Assembly (NCBI GenBank): GCA_964016885.1
Contig: OZ024750.1
Span: 20,956,001 to 21,020,000 of the forward strand
DNA from: Eledone cirrhosa
Taxonomy: Eukaryota
Reading direction: 5' to 3'
DNA length: 64,000 nucleotides
Part shown: in pieces, positions 15,084 to 30,338 of the stretch
How positions within the stretch are numbered: the stretch's first letter is position 1
How the letters are laid out: the number at the start of each line of letters is the position of its first letter
Program-made: the position numbers and the translations under genes
The notes under the pieces: model-generated
Seen by the model: only the letters and a program-made list of their open reading frames with translations
What the model was told of the DNA's origin: nothing
The model's database searches: none

Positions 15084-15756
15084 ATGTGTGTATTTGTATG
15101 TATATATATAAATATATGAAAATGATAAACGTTTCAAAGAAAGAACTAAATGTACTTTCATTTTATATTCTTATTACCTGTAGTGTACACAAGGAAAAAC
15201 ATTGTTTGCTTCAAAAAGAATAGATTATATATTTTACTTGTTACATATATACATGACCTGTTTCGCTTAAAACAGGTTGTCAAAATTTAGTCCTGTCTAC
15301 TTACTAATTTTCCACTTGTGTTATTTTCGCCTTACAAATGGAAAATTAGTAAACTAAACAAGAAAAACCTTTTTAAATGAAGTTTTATGCGAAACCAGTT
15401 AAAAAAACTCTTTTTGTTGTGAAAGTAATTTTTCGTTGTGATATACAATAAAATTATCGATATATAAAAATATCGTCTTGTTGACAAATAATCCCTCGAT
15501 AGAAAAAAGGCGCTAAAATGAACAACAGAGGGCACTCATATATATTTTTTGTTGAAACAACTCTTTTAATATCCTGCAGAAAGACATGTAGCACGTATAA
15601 CTATTTAGAACAATGAAATATCCCTTACATTGTATTAGCAATATATAGTTGTATTAAATGCACAGACAACAGTGTTTGACTAATAAGCTGGCTGATTAAT
15701 AATGTTTAGATTCGAACCTACGTCCGTGAACCAATCGTGGTATGTATATAAATATA

Positions 15757-15817
<61 letters not shown>

Positions 15818-15931
15818 AATGTGTGTGTGTAGTGTGTGTGTGTAGTGTGTGTGTGTGCCTGTGTGTGTATGTATATGTATATATATATATACATACATGT
15901 ATTCTATATATATATATATATATATACATAT

Positions 15932-16045
<114 letters not shown>

Positions 16046-16141
16046 CATATATATGTATTTATATATACATATATATGGATAAATATATATGTATATGTAT
16101 ATATGGATAAATATATATGTATATGTATATATGTATATATG

Positions 16142-16202
<61 letters not shown>

Positions 16203-16275
16203 GTATATATATATGTATATATATGTATATATATATATATGCATATATATATATATATACATATATATATTTATA

Positions 16276-16490
<215 letters not shown>

Positions 16491-16495
16491 TATAC

Positions 16496-16533
<38 letters not shown>

Positions 16534-17105
16534 GGTGGCTGCCAACTCGTTTTCGAGTACGGCCACTACTTTATATCCATGTAGGAGAACCCCTACCAAT
16601 GCGCTGAACGAGTGTGACTTTTTAGTCCAGCCAGCGACTTGAAAACTCTGGTACAAACACTACACCTGTGACAATTATTGACACATAGTGCTGGGCCCAT
16701 GGTACCATGTGATGACAAGTGCAGAGAGATCTCCAGATATAAAGCAATGCCTGTGCCGTGAAGCTTTTATAGTGAGCAAAGGCACTGCACAAAGCCAGTC
16801 CCACTCTCTTAACCAAGATAATATTTACCAAAAAGAAGAACAAGTCAACATCATTGGATACCATCAGGGTTGCAGATGTTATATCAGAGTTTTCCTTCTC
16901 CTAGAATTCTGCCTTGACAAAGGCTAAGGGGTCATCTCTCCCAGTGATTTTGGATAGCCATTGACTCTAAAGAGCTCCTTTGCCCTTTGACAGGTTTTGT
17001 TTTTAGTCCTGCAGGATGTCCAAAGTCACCCTCCTCACCAAGAAACCTTGGTGGGGTTGCCAGTTTAGTCGCCAACGACCCGACCATGGAACAGGTTGTA
17101 CTGGG

Positions 17106-17107
<2 letters not shown>
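16534..17107 (-). mobile_element. Bipartite RTE-derived non-autonomous element (5' UTR joined to 3' end)
   Basis: Minus strand has the RTE 5'UTR-like CTAGGAGAAGGAAAACTCTGA, then a frameshifted C2H2 remnant ([18 protein letters not shown]) and an RTE-like end CGTACTCGAAAACGAGTTGGCAGCCACC running into (TA)n. Confidence 0.6.
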
Positions 17108-17961
<854 letters not shown>

Positions 17962-18875
17962 CATGTATATATTACATACATATGGATGAGTGTGTGTGTA
18001 AATAGTGTGTATATAATGGTATGCTATATGTATTCTATTTGATTTCATTCTTCGTCTTCCAATATCTGGGTAGAAAACTTATTTTGAAGAGTGTGAGTAC
18101 GGGAGAGATAGAAAGACAAAGTCTCTGGTATTAAAACCCAGAAGTGATATAAAGGGTTTTTGAAGCGATGCACTCCTAAATGCATTCTTTGAAGTGACGT
18201 ATAGCTATTCGTCAGAATTCTTGGTCATGAGAGAGATTTGGGGCGTAATGTGTGGGGCGTAAGCTTTATCAAGAGGTGATATAATCGCTGCAAGCTCATA
18301 TCACGCTGTTTTATTCATCCCTCTTTTCCTCGTGTTGATATGAAATGGAAAATATTTATTTTATGCATCAGAGAATATGGCAATCAATGATGTTGCGTTA
18401 CTTATTTTTATTGCGATATATCTCATTTCCTATAACGTATCTCCCACACCATCGTATCGTGCCGGTTAAAACCAACTAATTTGTTCCCTTTAGCGTCACG
18501 TTCTCTGTGTCTCTATGTGTGTGCCCTTACTTGTTAGCCATAATATATTATATATATATAATATCTATATGTATGAGTATCTGTGTGTGTGTCTGTGAGA
18601 GATAGAGAGAGCTAGTAATACTAGTTGAAAAGATACTGGGCACATATATCTGTGTAACGCAAAGGGAAAAGGGCGAGAGGGTTATTTTATGTAATTGTCA
18701 CTTCGGTTTGTCAGCGTATCATTTTCTCAGCAAAATTGATGTTTGATCTCATATCAATAACCTACGGCATATCACACCGATTACCATAGCAGATATTTAT
18801 ATTCATATACAATTTTGTATACAGACCTACATACGTGGGTGTGTTTCTTTATACCTCACACACATCCACACACAC

Positions 18876-18930
<55 letters not shown>

Positions 18931-18949
18931 CATGTGTGTGTGTATATGA

Positions 18950-18982
<33 letters not shown>

Positions 18983-19057
18983 TATCGTAAATCATGTCCT
19001 TAGTATTATTAGATAAAATATATACCAATTCCTCTTCCAATTTGGTAATATGGAGAC

Positions 19058-19100
<43 letters not shown>

Positions 19101-19507
19101 TACATAGATGAAAGCATAGCTATAACTATGACATATGGAATTTTATAGAAGCTTACGTTTAGATAGTAATAAAGCAAGAGAATTAGAACCCATGTGTTTC
19201 TTGAGATATTAGAAATCAGGTGAGGGTATTAGAAGCCTCCACTATCATACTTTACACATGGCAAAAACGATTCGTGTTTAAATATGTTCAAACTAGTACC
19301 ATGCTATATGTGTGTTCAGAAATGTACACAAAAGCAACGTTATCCAATATATTTTTGCACGTTGGTGCCAAATCGACTGAAACATCTCCTGGTCGATTAT
19401 ACAAAGCTGTTTATTTTAATGTGTTTATACACATCTAAACGTTTTTCACCGTAATTTTTAAAGAATGTTTGTTTACTCGTACAAATACTAGCTTAATAAT
19501 GGTGTCA

Positions 19508-19937
19508 GTTTTAATCACAAGGCCAACAATTATGGGGGATGGGAACCTCGATTGAATCAAGCTCGCGGCGTTACTGTTACATCATTTTATATACTCTTCA
19601 AGGATGAAAGGCAAGATGAGCTCGGCTAAATTTGAATTCAGAATGTAAATTAACGTAACTATATTTGGTAAAGCATATTGCCCATCACTCCACCGTGAGC
19701 CCCATTCAACCGCCCTTAAAATAATGGATTCTTTTTTAGGCACAATGCCAATAATATTCGGGGGATGGTAAATTCGATTAAGGCGACCCAGTGCATTACT
19801 AGTACTTACTTTTATCGACCCCATAAGGATGAAAGGCAAAGATACCAGGGCAGGATTTGAACTCAAAACACAAAGCGTCGTAACTCTATGCCGCTAAGCA
19901 TGTTGTCCAACGTTCTACCAATACTGCCAATCTACCT
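19508..19937 (-). mobile_element. Two older tRNA/Nin-domain SINE copies
   Basis: Diverged AGGATGAAAGGCAA...TTTGAACTC motifs. Confidence 0.8.
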
Positions 19938-21288
19938 CTCTCAATATGCGTAAAATAAAGAGATTATTATACTAAAAAATTTATCATTTAAATATGTTTG
20001 AAAATCATTTTTTGAGAAATTTCCACTGCATTTTATTTGAAAATATTTCACTGCAATTTTTTCTAGAGTTGAAGAGCCAAGTATAATCTCAAAAATACGA
20101 GTCCGTATGTTATATTTTTTTAGATTAAACAAGAAACGGAACCTCCTCGTAACATTTACTAACTCATGTCTAATCGACATTAAATTACGATTCAATTTAG
20201 ACCCCATCACATCACTTTGTAAACACAGGGAAACCACATAATATACCGCTCCTTCAAGAGGAATATATCTTCGGACATATCAATATTTCAGCTCTCCTCT
20301 CTCTTAAACACTATTTAATCTATGCACTGAAAGGTATACATGTGTAGTTTGTATTATTACATCTCATCTGGACATCAACAACAAGGTATTTCAATAATTT
20401 GTGGTTAAAGCCTCCATCATCTTTCTTCTAAATAGATTTACTTCATCTTCTATATCCCACAGCCCTTTAACGTACAACCACACATATTGTAAGTACTCTC
20501 GTTCAAAATGTTGCCTACATATCGTTCACTAGCAACCGCATTCTTATCACGCTCACTTACAATATATAAGCTATATGTATGTGTATATATATGTAGAGGT
20601 ATGCAAGCACACACACATACGCTCTACTGTTTAATTATACGTCTCCATGTGTCAGTAGTTTTTAAAGTTTTAATAAATTGTCACTTTCTCATCTACTCTA
20701 AAGGTATGAAACCACTCTGGTATTCACAGTTGAAATCTCAAATATGTGAACATACTCTACTATAGCAAAGAATAAAATATTTTCTATACTATTAGCCAGC
20801 TTCTGTAGATGCGTGTGTTTCTTTTCAATATTGCTGAGATAATTCAGGTCGATATATAGATTTTTATCGAAAGACTTGGGTGGCATAGAACACTATTTGT
20901 TCAAATTCTAAAGACACATAACTACCTAAAGAAGTTAAGCAACTTCACAAGATGTCTAGAATATCTAGAATGTAGTGGTGCCCATCAAATCTGTAGAGAA
21001 TTAGCATACGAAAAGCAGAATGCCGAATATATCCTCCCAAAACCGATGAATAGATATTTTAGAAGAAGTGTCTATCATATAAATTATTCCGTAATAATCA
21101 TTGCTGATACTTTAAGGACTGGAGAAAAATAGTACTTTGAGTTCAACGATACCATACAATTGTATAATAAAAAGTACACACATACACACATACACATTCA
21201 TATTTGAACGTACATAATACATATATGGCACACGTATATATTTGTATATATGTATATATATATATATATATACACACATCTATGTATA

Positions 21289-21339
<51 letters not shown>

Positions 21340-21840
21340 AGACACACACATACATATATATATATATATTTACAGCATTCTGGCTTGGTTTGGCAAAATA
21401 CTTCGTATGAAATTTTGGAATGTTGTGCCTGACAAGTTGGATTAAATGATAGAAGATCAGAACAAAATGAGGACGCAGAGGATAAAATAATCCTTGGGAA
21501 TGTATCACAATACTCTGGCGGGGAGGTTTTAAGAATTAAACATAGCATTTAAACAACTATCTGGTTACGTAATTAACCTAGGAATGGGCTAGTTACATAA
21601 TCAATTATAAGGCTGATGTCAAGTTTAACTGGTGCATGTCTCGGAAAGTATAGCAACATATATATATATATTCAAAATAGAAACTTGGGCACCAGGAAAT
21701 AGGGTTGGCTTCAATTTTAACACGTGTTTATGCCCATTTGTTTCTGTTATGTATCGTTAACATGGCCTTTTATTAGAATATGTTCTGTTGTCAAACTTCG
21801 GAGAAGCTTATCTATATATATACATATATATATATATATA

Positions 21841-22341
21841 TTAGAATTGGAGCTCTGAAATAGCAATATATATATGAATGTATATATAATGTATTTTGCA
21901 ATACACTTTATGCTTAATTAAAAGCATTTTGAAGACCGTATGCTATTGTTTTAGAGTAGTGACAAACTCACTTACTTTAAATCTCAGCAAACAAGAGGAG
22001 ATAAGCCGACGAGGCCTTGTTTCGCATGTATTGATACTTATCAAGGCTAACTACTCCCTCCTGTATACTGAGATCACTGATGTTATATTCTTATAGAATT
22101 CTAGTAAATAATCAGGAACTGATTATACAGAGCGGTTGCCGGTAAGGCAGAAATTAAAAATTAGAATTGGAGCTCTGAAATAGCAATATATATATATGAA
22201 TGTATATATAATGTATTTTGCAATTTACTGAGATTAAAGTAAGTGGGTTTGTTACTACTCTAAAACAATAGCATACGGTCTTCAAAATGCTTTTAATTAA
22301 GCATAAAGTGTATTGCAAAATACATTATATATACATTCATA

Positions 22342-22342
<1 letters not shown>
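21841..22342 (-). mobile_element. Family D hammerhead element with both direct and inverted partial repeats
   Basis: Direct repeat 21841-21902 / 22161-22224 (~320 bp period); inverted copy 22225-22342 of ~21870-21991; TA flanks. Confidence 0.8.
22004..22048 (-). ncRNA. Hammerhead ribozyme with U3-A8 variant core
   Basis: Minus strand: AGCC-TTGATAA-GTAT(CAATAC)ATGC-GAAA-CAAGGCCTCGTC-GGCT; GUC triplet, palindromic AGGCCT stem III. Confidence 0.65.
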
Positions 22343-23342
<1,000 letters not shown>

Positions 23343-23736
23343 CAATGATATTAATAAATGGAAACTATATTTATGAAACCATATTTATTCTAGTATATAT
23401 ATTTCAAGGTTACAAACACTTTGGTACGCTCTCATCAGATAAAATACAAAGTTTGTTTTATAAATATTGACATATCCAGGAATGAGACCTTAAAGGTTCA
23501 AGTTTTGCCGTTAAGGTCTCATTCCTGGATATGTCAATATTTGTCAAACAAACTTTGTATTTTATCTGATGAGGGCGTACCAAAGTTTTGGTACCCTTCA
23601 TATATATATATATATATAATAGAATAAATATGGTTTAATAAATATAGTTTCCGTTTATCAATATCATTCTTATTATACTCAAGAAACATTGTATATATAA
23701 TTGTTGAATTACCAACAAATTAAATACCCCTTTGCT
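23343..23736. mobile_element. Family A-related diverged hammerhead element
   Basis: Arms ~23344-23493 / 23511-23668; shares AAATGGAAACTATATTTAT..AACCATATTTATT with family A; CTGATGA at 23566 (+) and 23432-23438 (-). Confidence 0.82.
23386..23446 (-). ncRNA. Hammerhead ribozyme, partly decayed
   Basis: Minus strand: TATTTTAT-CTGATGA-GAGCGTACCAAAGTGTTTGTAACCTT-GAAA-TATATATA-CTAGAATA. Core intact, stems I and II with mismatches. Confidence 0.65.
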
Positions 23737-23762
23737 TATATATATATATATATATATTTATA

Positions 23763-23836
<74 letters not shown>

Positions 23837-23858
23837 CATATACATATATATATATATT

Positions 23859-24169
<311 letters not shown>

Positions 24170-24663
24170 CAACATGATATGAGGCCTAAAAACACTTGTG
24201 AACAAGAAAGTCTGCAGTCAACATATGACAAAAATATAAGGGAAGAGAAAATAGGAAAAATGAGGAAAATGAAAGAAGAAGGAAAAAGGAAGAAATAAAT
24301 AGAAGAGAGGAAAAAAGAAAGAAAGAAGGAGCAGAGAGAAAGAGAAAGAGAGAGAGAGAGATTTTTGATCGGAACGCTGTCCAAAAAGGAAAAACAACGG
24401 TGAATAACGGCTAAAAAATATATATATATAATAAAATTAAAAATAAAAATAAAAATAAATATAAAAATAAATAAATAAATAAATTGATGAGGTGAATGTG
24501 CTAATATAACGAATATTAGATCTCTAGAATATATAAACTGGGTATATTATTTAATATTGAGTTTGAATACTAAATATTGGATTAAGAAGTGTAAAAATGT
24601 ATTATAAAATAAAATAAAATAAAATAAAGTAAAATAAATATAAAAATAAAAATAAATTTAAAA

Positions 24664-24848
24664 TAATTGTTTCTACTTTAGGCACAAGGCCAGCAATTAC
24701 CCAGTGCATTACTGGTACTTTATTTTATCGACCCCGTAAGGATGAAAGGCAAAGTCAACCTCGGCGGGATTTGAACTCAGATCGTAAAGGGACGTAACTA
24801 TGCTGGAAAGCATGGCGTCCGACCTTCTACCGATACTGCCAATCCACC
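24664..24848 (-). mobile_element. tRNA/Nin-domain SINE, full length
   Basis: Near-identical to 43722-43906 and to the reverse complement of 51728-51915. Confidence 0.93.
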
Positions 24849-24985
24849 AGGGATTCCTGATGATTTCTAAAGAATGAAACAGTTCTAGTCCTGTAGAATC
24901 TCATCTATATTAAAACTTGTATACTCTGCTATGTATTGAGTGCCTTACTTACTGTGGTTAGCTCCGATTCAACCCGGAATAACGT
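24849..24985 (+). mobile_element. Family B short hammerhead element
   Basis: Near-identical to 57239-57376; ends in (TA)n; 5' end abuts the head of a minus-strand SINE. Confidence 0.8.
24850..24902 (+). ncRNA. Type I hammerhead ribozyme
   Basis: GGGATTC-CTGATGA-TTTC(TAAA)GAAT-GAAA-CAG(TTCTAGTC)CTG-TA-GAATCTC. 7 bp stem I, 4 bp stem III, GUA triplet; stem II is short with a U.U closing mismatch. Confidence 0.75.
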
Positions 24986-24987
24986 AT

Positions 24988-25044
<57 letters not shown>

Positions 25045-25048
<4 letters not shown>

Positions 25049-25333
25049 TGAAATGACAGGAGGCTGGATTTGTGTAAATCCTTGAAAGGTTTATTATACT
25101 ATGATCATTTCAATGACCGGGTCATTGAAATGATCATAGTATAATAAACCTTTCAAGGATTTACACAAATCCAGCCTCCCGTCATTTCATTATAATATTT
25201 AACTCCGTAATAGCACCACCAACTACAAAAACAAAGAGAGTTGAACTGCCTTACGTTGAGTACTCTCTATATTATTGCATTACGATTGACCATACGGAAT
25301 AGACCAGCTCTATACAGTGGTGAACCTCAAACC

Positions 25334-25337
<4 letters not shown>
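25045..25337 (+). mobile_element. Short fold-back element in (TA)n, Penelope-like 5' inversion
   Basis: ~74 bp arms centred on 25119, unique tail to 25337; GAAA-TGATCA-TA hammerhead 3' half at 25127-25138. Confidence 0.7.
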
Positions 25338-25395
<58 letters not shown>

Positions 25396-26041
25396 ATCAG
25401 ATTACTATACTTCATTTGATGTCGTAACAGATAATAATGAAAATATCAGATGTAACTAACCGAATCCAAATAAAGATTCATGTATTATCTATAATACCAC
25501 CAATATACATGCTAGTTAATACCATACTTATGATTAAACTCCATTGCATGTGGACTTCTATGCATGTTCAAATTTTCTAATCATAACTCAGATTTAGATT
25601 TTTAATAAAATCCTATTGATGTTTCTCGCATGATCATACTTCATATCGTAATATAGTAACATGACACTGTTTAGTGGTTTACTGATCGTATATGTTATTG
25701 AAAATTATTGGAATCAAGATATGTACAAGCAGTAAGTTCTATAAATACTTAATATTCTATATTAATATTCTATATTTATTGTTGAATATCTGGACATCAT
25801 ATTTCTGATATATATTATATCTGCTGATTGAAGAAGGAAAATCTGTGTGATTTGAAACTATACATATATATATATATAAATATATCATGGTAGTTGGCAC
25901 ATAACATATTTACCATAAGTTACGTGAGCATCTACACTTGTTCTATTGACTGTCTAGAAATAACATCTCAATATCCCTCAAACCACAGATAGCAGATTAA
26001 AGGAATGGCTAATAATAAGAATAATAATATTTTATAATGAT

Positions 26042-26505
26042 GCTTTCTTTATTAACCACAAGGGTCTACATAAAGTAAACATTAAGGACAGTACTGGTTC
26101 GCCCTGGCGGTACAAATGGGCATTTCTGCGTGTAAAAAACAAGAAACAGAGGATGTAATAATAGAACAATGAAAACATTCCCCAATAGGGGGCAGACTTC
26201 CGAGGGACATTCGTGGAGAAAGCCCATTAAAAAGCCACAGTGACCCTGACAACCAGGGCATGTGCCCTCTCCCAGTTTTCCACCTTTAATTTACAGACAC
26301 ATACTCTTCCATCTTTCAACAAAATGCTGGTAAGAGAGCACTTCCCTCTCTACCCTGATTTTCCTTTTCAAATGAAATTTGAAAAAGTTAATCAGGGCAT
26401 CACCGAAGAGGTAAGTGCTCGTCTTCAGCCCTTTCAAACGTGTCCACCATACTATCTCTTTCGCCATGGCCACCAGACTGATAAAAACTGCCTGCCCTTC
26501 CCGGC
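26042..26505 (-). mobile_element. Tx1/L1-like LINE 3' end
   Basis: AMAKEIVWWTRLKG...FFKFHLKRKIRVERE...FVERW resembles a Tx1 ORF2 C-terminus; (TAA)n flanks. Confidence 0.7.
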
Positions 26506-26550
26506 TATAACAATAATAATGATAATAATAATAATAATAATAATAATAGG

Positions 26551-27080
26551 GTTTCTGATTTAGACACAAGGGCAGCAATTTTGGGAGACGGGAAAATCAA
26601 TTCAATCGATCCCAGTGCATTGTTGGTGCTTTATTCTATCGACCGTGTTAGGATGATAGGCAAATCTAACCACCACGGGATTCCAATTCAGAAGGTTAAT
26701 GGATGCTATTCTATGCTAGAAAACTGTCTAAAATTGTTTCTACTTTTGGCACAAGGCCAGCAATTACCCAATGTATTACTGGTACTTTATTCTATCGATC
26801 CCGGAAGGATGAAAGGCAAAGTTAACCTCGGCGGGATTTGAACTCAGATCATACAGGGAGGTAACTCTATGCTTCATATATTATATAATAATTGTTTCTA
26901 CTTTTGGCACAAGGCCAGCAATTATCCAGTACATTACTGGTACTTTATTTTATCGACCCCATAAGGATGAAAGGCAAAGTTAACCTCGGCGGGATTTGAA
27001 CTCAGAATGGCAAGGGCCGTAACTCTATGCGTCAAAGCATGGCGTCCAACCCTCTACCGATACTGCCAATTCACCGCCCT
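26551..27080 (-). mobile_element. Three tandem tRNA/Nin-domain SINEs
   Basis: Consensus repeated at ~26551, ~26731 and ~26889. Confidence 0.9.
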
Positions 27081-28467
27081 ATATATTATATAATAATGAT
27101 GGGAGTTACGTAATATGTTTGCCTATACATAAGTGCGTGCATGCGTGTAAGTAAGTAAGTATGAATGAATGTATGTGTACATGAGTATATATCTGTATTA
27201 TGAAGATTTACGATGTGTTTCTCTACACGTCATAATCCTCATTGAAGATAATAGAAGAGTATAAGAAATGTATTCCCACAGCATTCCATCATATACTGCT
27301 TCACTATCGTTATCACCTACAAAAACATTCAAATACAAAACCTGTATCTACATTCTCTAACTGCAGCGTGAATCTATCATGTTATATAGCAATACACTAT
27401 ATATTTCATTTCTTCAATAATTCAATAGAAATAAGCAATATCACTATTTTAAAGAAATATATGTCATATCTATCTCTTATGTCAGTTACATGACATAAAA
27501 GAGAGATGAATGCATTCATAGGAAAATATTCATATTCAAAATAATCACGCAATTTTTATAGATTCCTATAAATCCTTATATAAAGTAGGCAACAGAAATA
27601 CTCCTACCTTCATATAAACAGGATTACTAACTCATATTATGTATTGCAAAGCGAATGTCCTAAACATTCGGCCATGCTTCGGCTCCTCAGCACACATATA
27701 GAGTATATCTATACACAATCAAAAATGTTTCTTGATGGGGGAACAACCTCTTGCAAAAAACAATAGACACTTCTCCTTTAATATATTTACAAACGGCATG
27801 AAGCATTTCCTGTGACGGAAAAGGCAGGAGATATTTTCTGGGTCAGGATAATGATGGCTAGCACACATTTTGCTGTAGATCTTTTAAGACAGAACATAAC
27901 CCTATGCAGATATAATCTGTATAAAACCATCTTTTGACAGGCAGTGATGGTTTGAAAAAATTCGGTGACCAGTATATGTTGGTAGTATATTTATTTTCAG
28001 CATCACCGATAAATATTGCATTTGTGTGATTTGAACTTTGAACTATGCAGAAAAACTGTCAGCTGTCTCATATTAGAAACTAATCTAAACTCGTCGTAAC
28101 AACTTCTCGAAAGTTGGTAAGTGGTGGTAAGCGTACTGAAGCGATATAGAGATCGAAGAGAAAGAGATAGAGAGAGAGTGGTAGTCAAGAATAATTGAAC
28201 TGCACTCTCGTACATGATTTTGTAATACAAACTCATGGAACTGTATTTCCTCAATGCAAGATTTCACAGAGGTCGTAATTTTTATCATATCACGTCTAGA
28301 AGCAACACTTAATATTCCCACTCACTGAACTCAGTATCTGTCAACAGACACAGCTACATCGTGTGTATCAATTCATTTAGTGCATGTGAATGTCAGGTTA
28401 AATGTACACGGCTCCGTGTTTCGCATCAGCCACAGTCAAACCACATAGAAACGCACACACACGCGAT

Positions 28468-28501
<34 letters not shown>

Positions 28502-28516
28502 GGCACACACACACAT

Positions 28517-28551
<35 letters not shown>

Positions 28552-28641
28552 ATGTGTTAGAGAGAGGGAGAGAGAGATATGCATGGCAACATACAGAACT
28601 ACAAAGACACACACTATTAGGCACAAATATACACACATAGT

Positions 28642-28677
<36 letters not shown>

Positions 28678-28720
28678 CATATGTGTGTGTGTGTGTGTGC
28701 AACATCTCCCCACACACGCA

Positions 28721-28759
<39 letters not shown>

Positions 28760-29639
28760 TGTGTGTGTGTGTATCCATCAATGTCGTTGCGGAGACTTCC
28801 CATGTTATGTGGGGCGTGCCAGACAAATAAACAATTGACGTATCTCTTCCTCAGATCTATCGATGTGAATTAGTTCTACAAAGACTCTCTCATATTTTAA
28901 CTGAACAATATTGTTATTACCTACAAGCGGAAAGTTGCTATACGGTAATGTGTTAGCAATATTTCAAATATATTCGGAAAACACATCATATTTTTATCGA
29001 TCTATGGGTGAAATTTGTTTGGCTTTTAGAGAGCATAGGCATTAGAAAATATTGAAATATTGCTGTATTTGCAGTTTTTTTATCATACTCTTTATGTTGT
29101 CTTGATGATACTGGTGTTTGCTGTAGTAGAGTTGGCGTTGGTGGTGTTATTAGTGGGGTTCGTGATGGTATGTCTTTCAAATTGTCATGGAGTTTAATGT
29201 CCACGCAACAGTAATTTATGTACGTATTTATGCATGTATGAATTTATATATGTGTATATTTCCAATCCCTATATATATGAGTATATATAATACACACCCA
29301 CATACACACACACACACGCACACACACACAAATATATACACAGACACACACGCACATACACTTATATATATAAAGTAAAGTAATTCCACTTTCCATTCTC
29401 GGTCAATATATATATTTATATTTAGTTTGAAGATAAATCTTATTTTGGTTAAACAACGTATCAATGGAGATTATTATTCTTTAACCCACGATCAACGAGC
29501 AGGCCTATGATCAAATTTATAGTTCATATAACCACCAAGTCCTTCTCAATAATAGGTTCTCTATAAACGATAGTATCACTCCGTATATATATCTGAGCTG
29601 AGTACAGTTGGATGTAATTTATATGTGTTTTAGCTGCTA

Positions 29640-29900
29640 TCCCTCGGTGAGATGATAAGAAACGTCGACTCTGATATGCAGGACATTTTGCAGGGCGTCC
29701 TTGAAAGGGTGTTTCAAATATGCCTCTGTGGGATAGTTGGTATAATGTGTGAGTATGTGGTGAGATCCATATCATACACATTAACATTTTGATACTGGTC
29801 TGTACTTTAGCTAGGAGCAGAGGTTGGCGACGATGGACAATGAAATATGTTGGATAGCAAATCACATCCATTGACGACATATAAGCCGGATACTGGCCTC
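29640..29900 (-). mobile_element. Highly decayed RTE/RTEX-like fragment
   Basis: WISPH...GRPAK remnants resembling an RTEX ORF C-terminus. Confidence 0.3.
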
Positions 29901-30149
29901 GAATATATACATGTACTGACGATGGCAATTATGTATAGTTGACATCATATGATATATTGACAATCTAAACCTGGATTCAACGAAATCAAATTGAACAATT
30001 AGATACGCATCTCACCTCCAATATTGTCAACGAAAACAACATCAATAAAAGCTAACGTCTTTCTATGTTCAACATCAACACTAACAACACCATAAAAATA
30101 AACATCACTCACAGCAAAACAATTATTTCCAGTATAGACACAGGGACAG

Positions 30150-30338
30150 TAATATGGGAGGAGAGAAAAGGCGATTAAATCGACCCCAGTGTATTACTGG
30201 TACTTTATTCTATCGACCCCGTAAGGATGAAAGGCCAAGTTAACCTCGGCAGGATTTAAACTCAGAAGTTAAAGAGACGTAACTATGGCGCGAAGCAAGG
30301 TCTCCGACGCCCTAGCGATTCTGCCAATCCACCACCCT
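30150..30338 (-). mobile_element. tRNA/Nin-domain SINE
   Basis: Same consensus. Confidence 0.88.
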
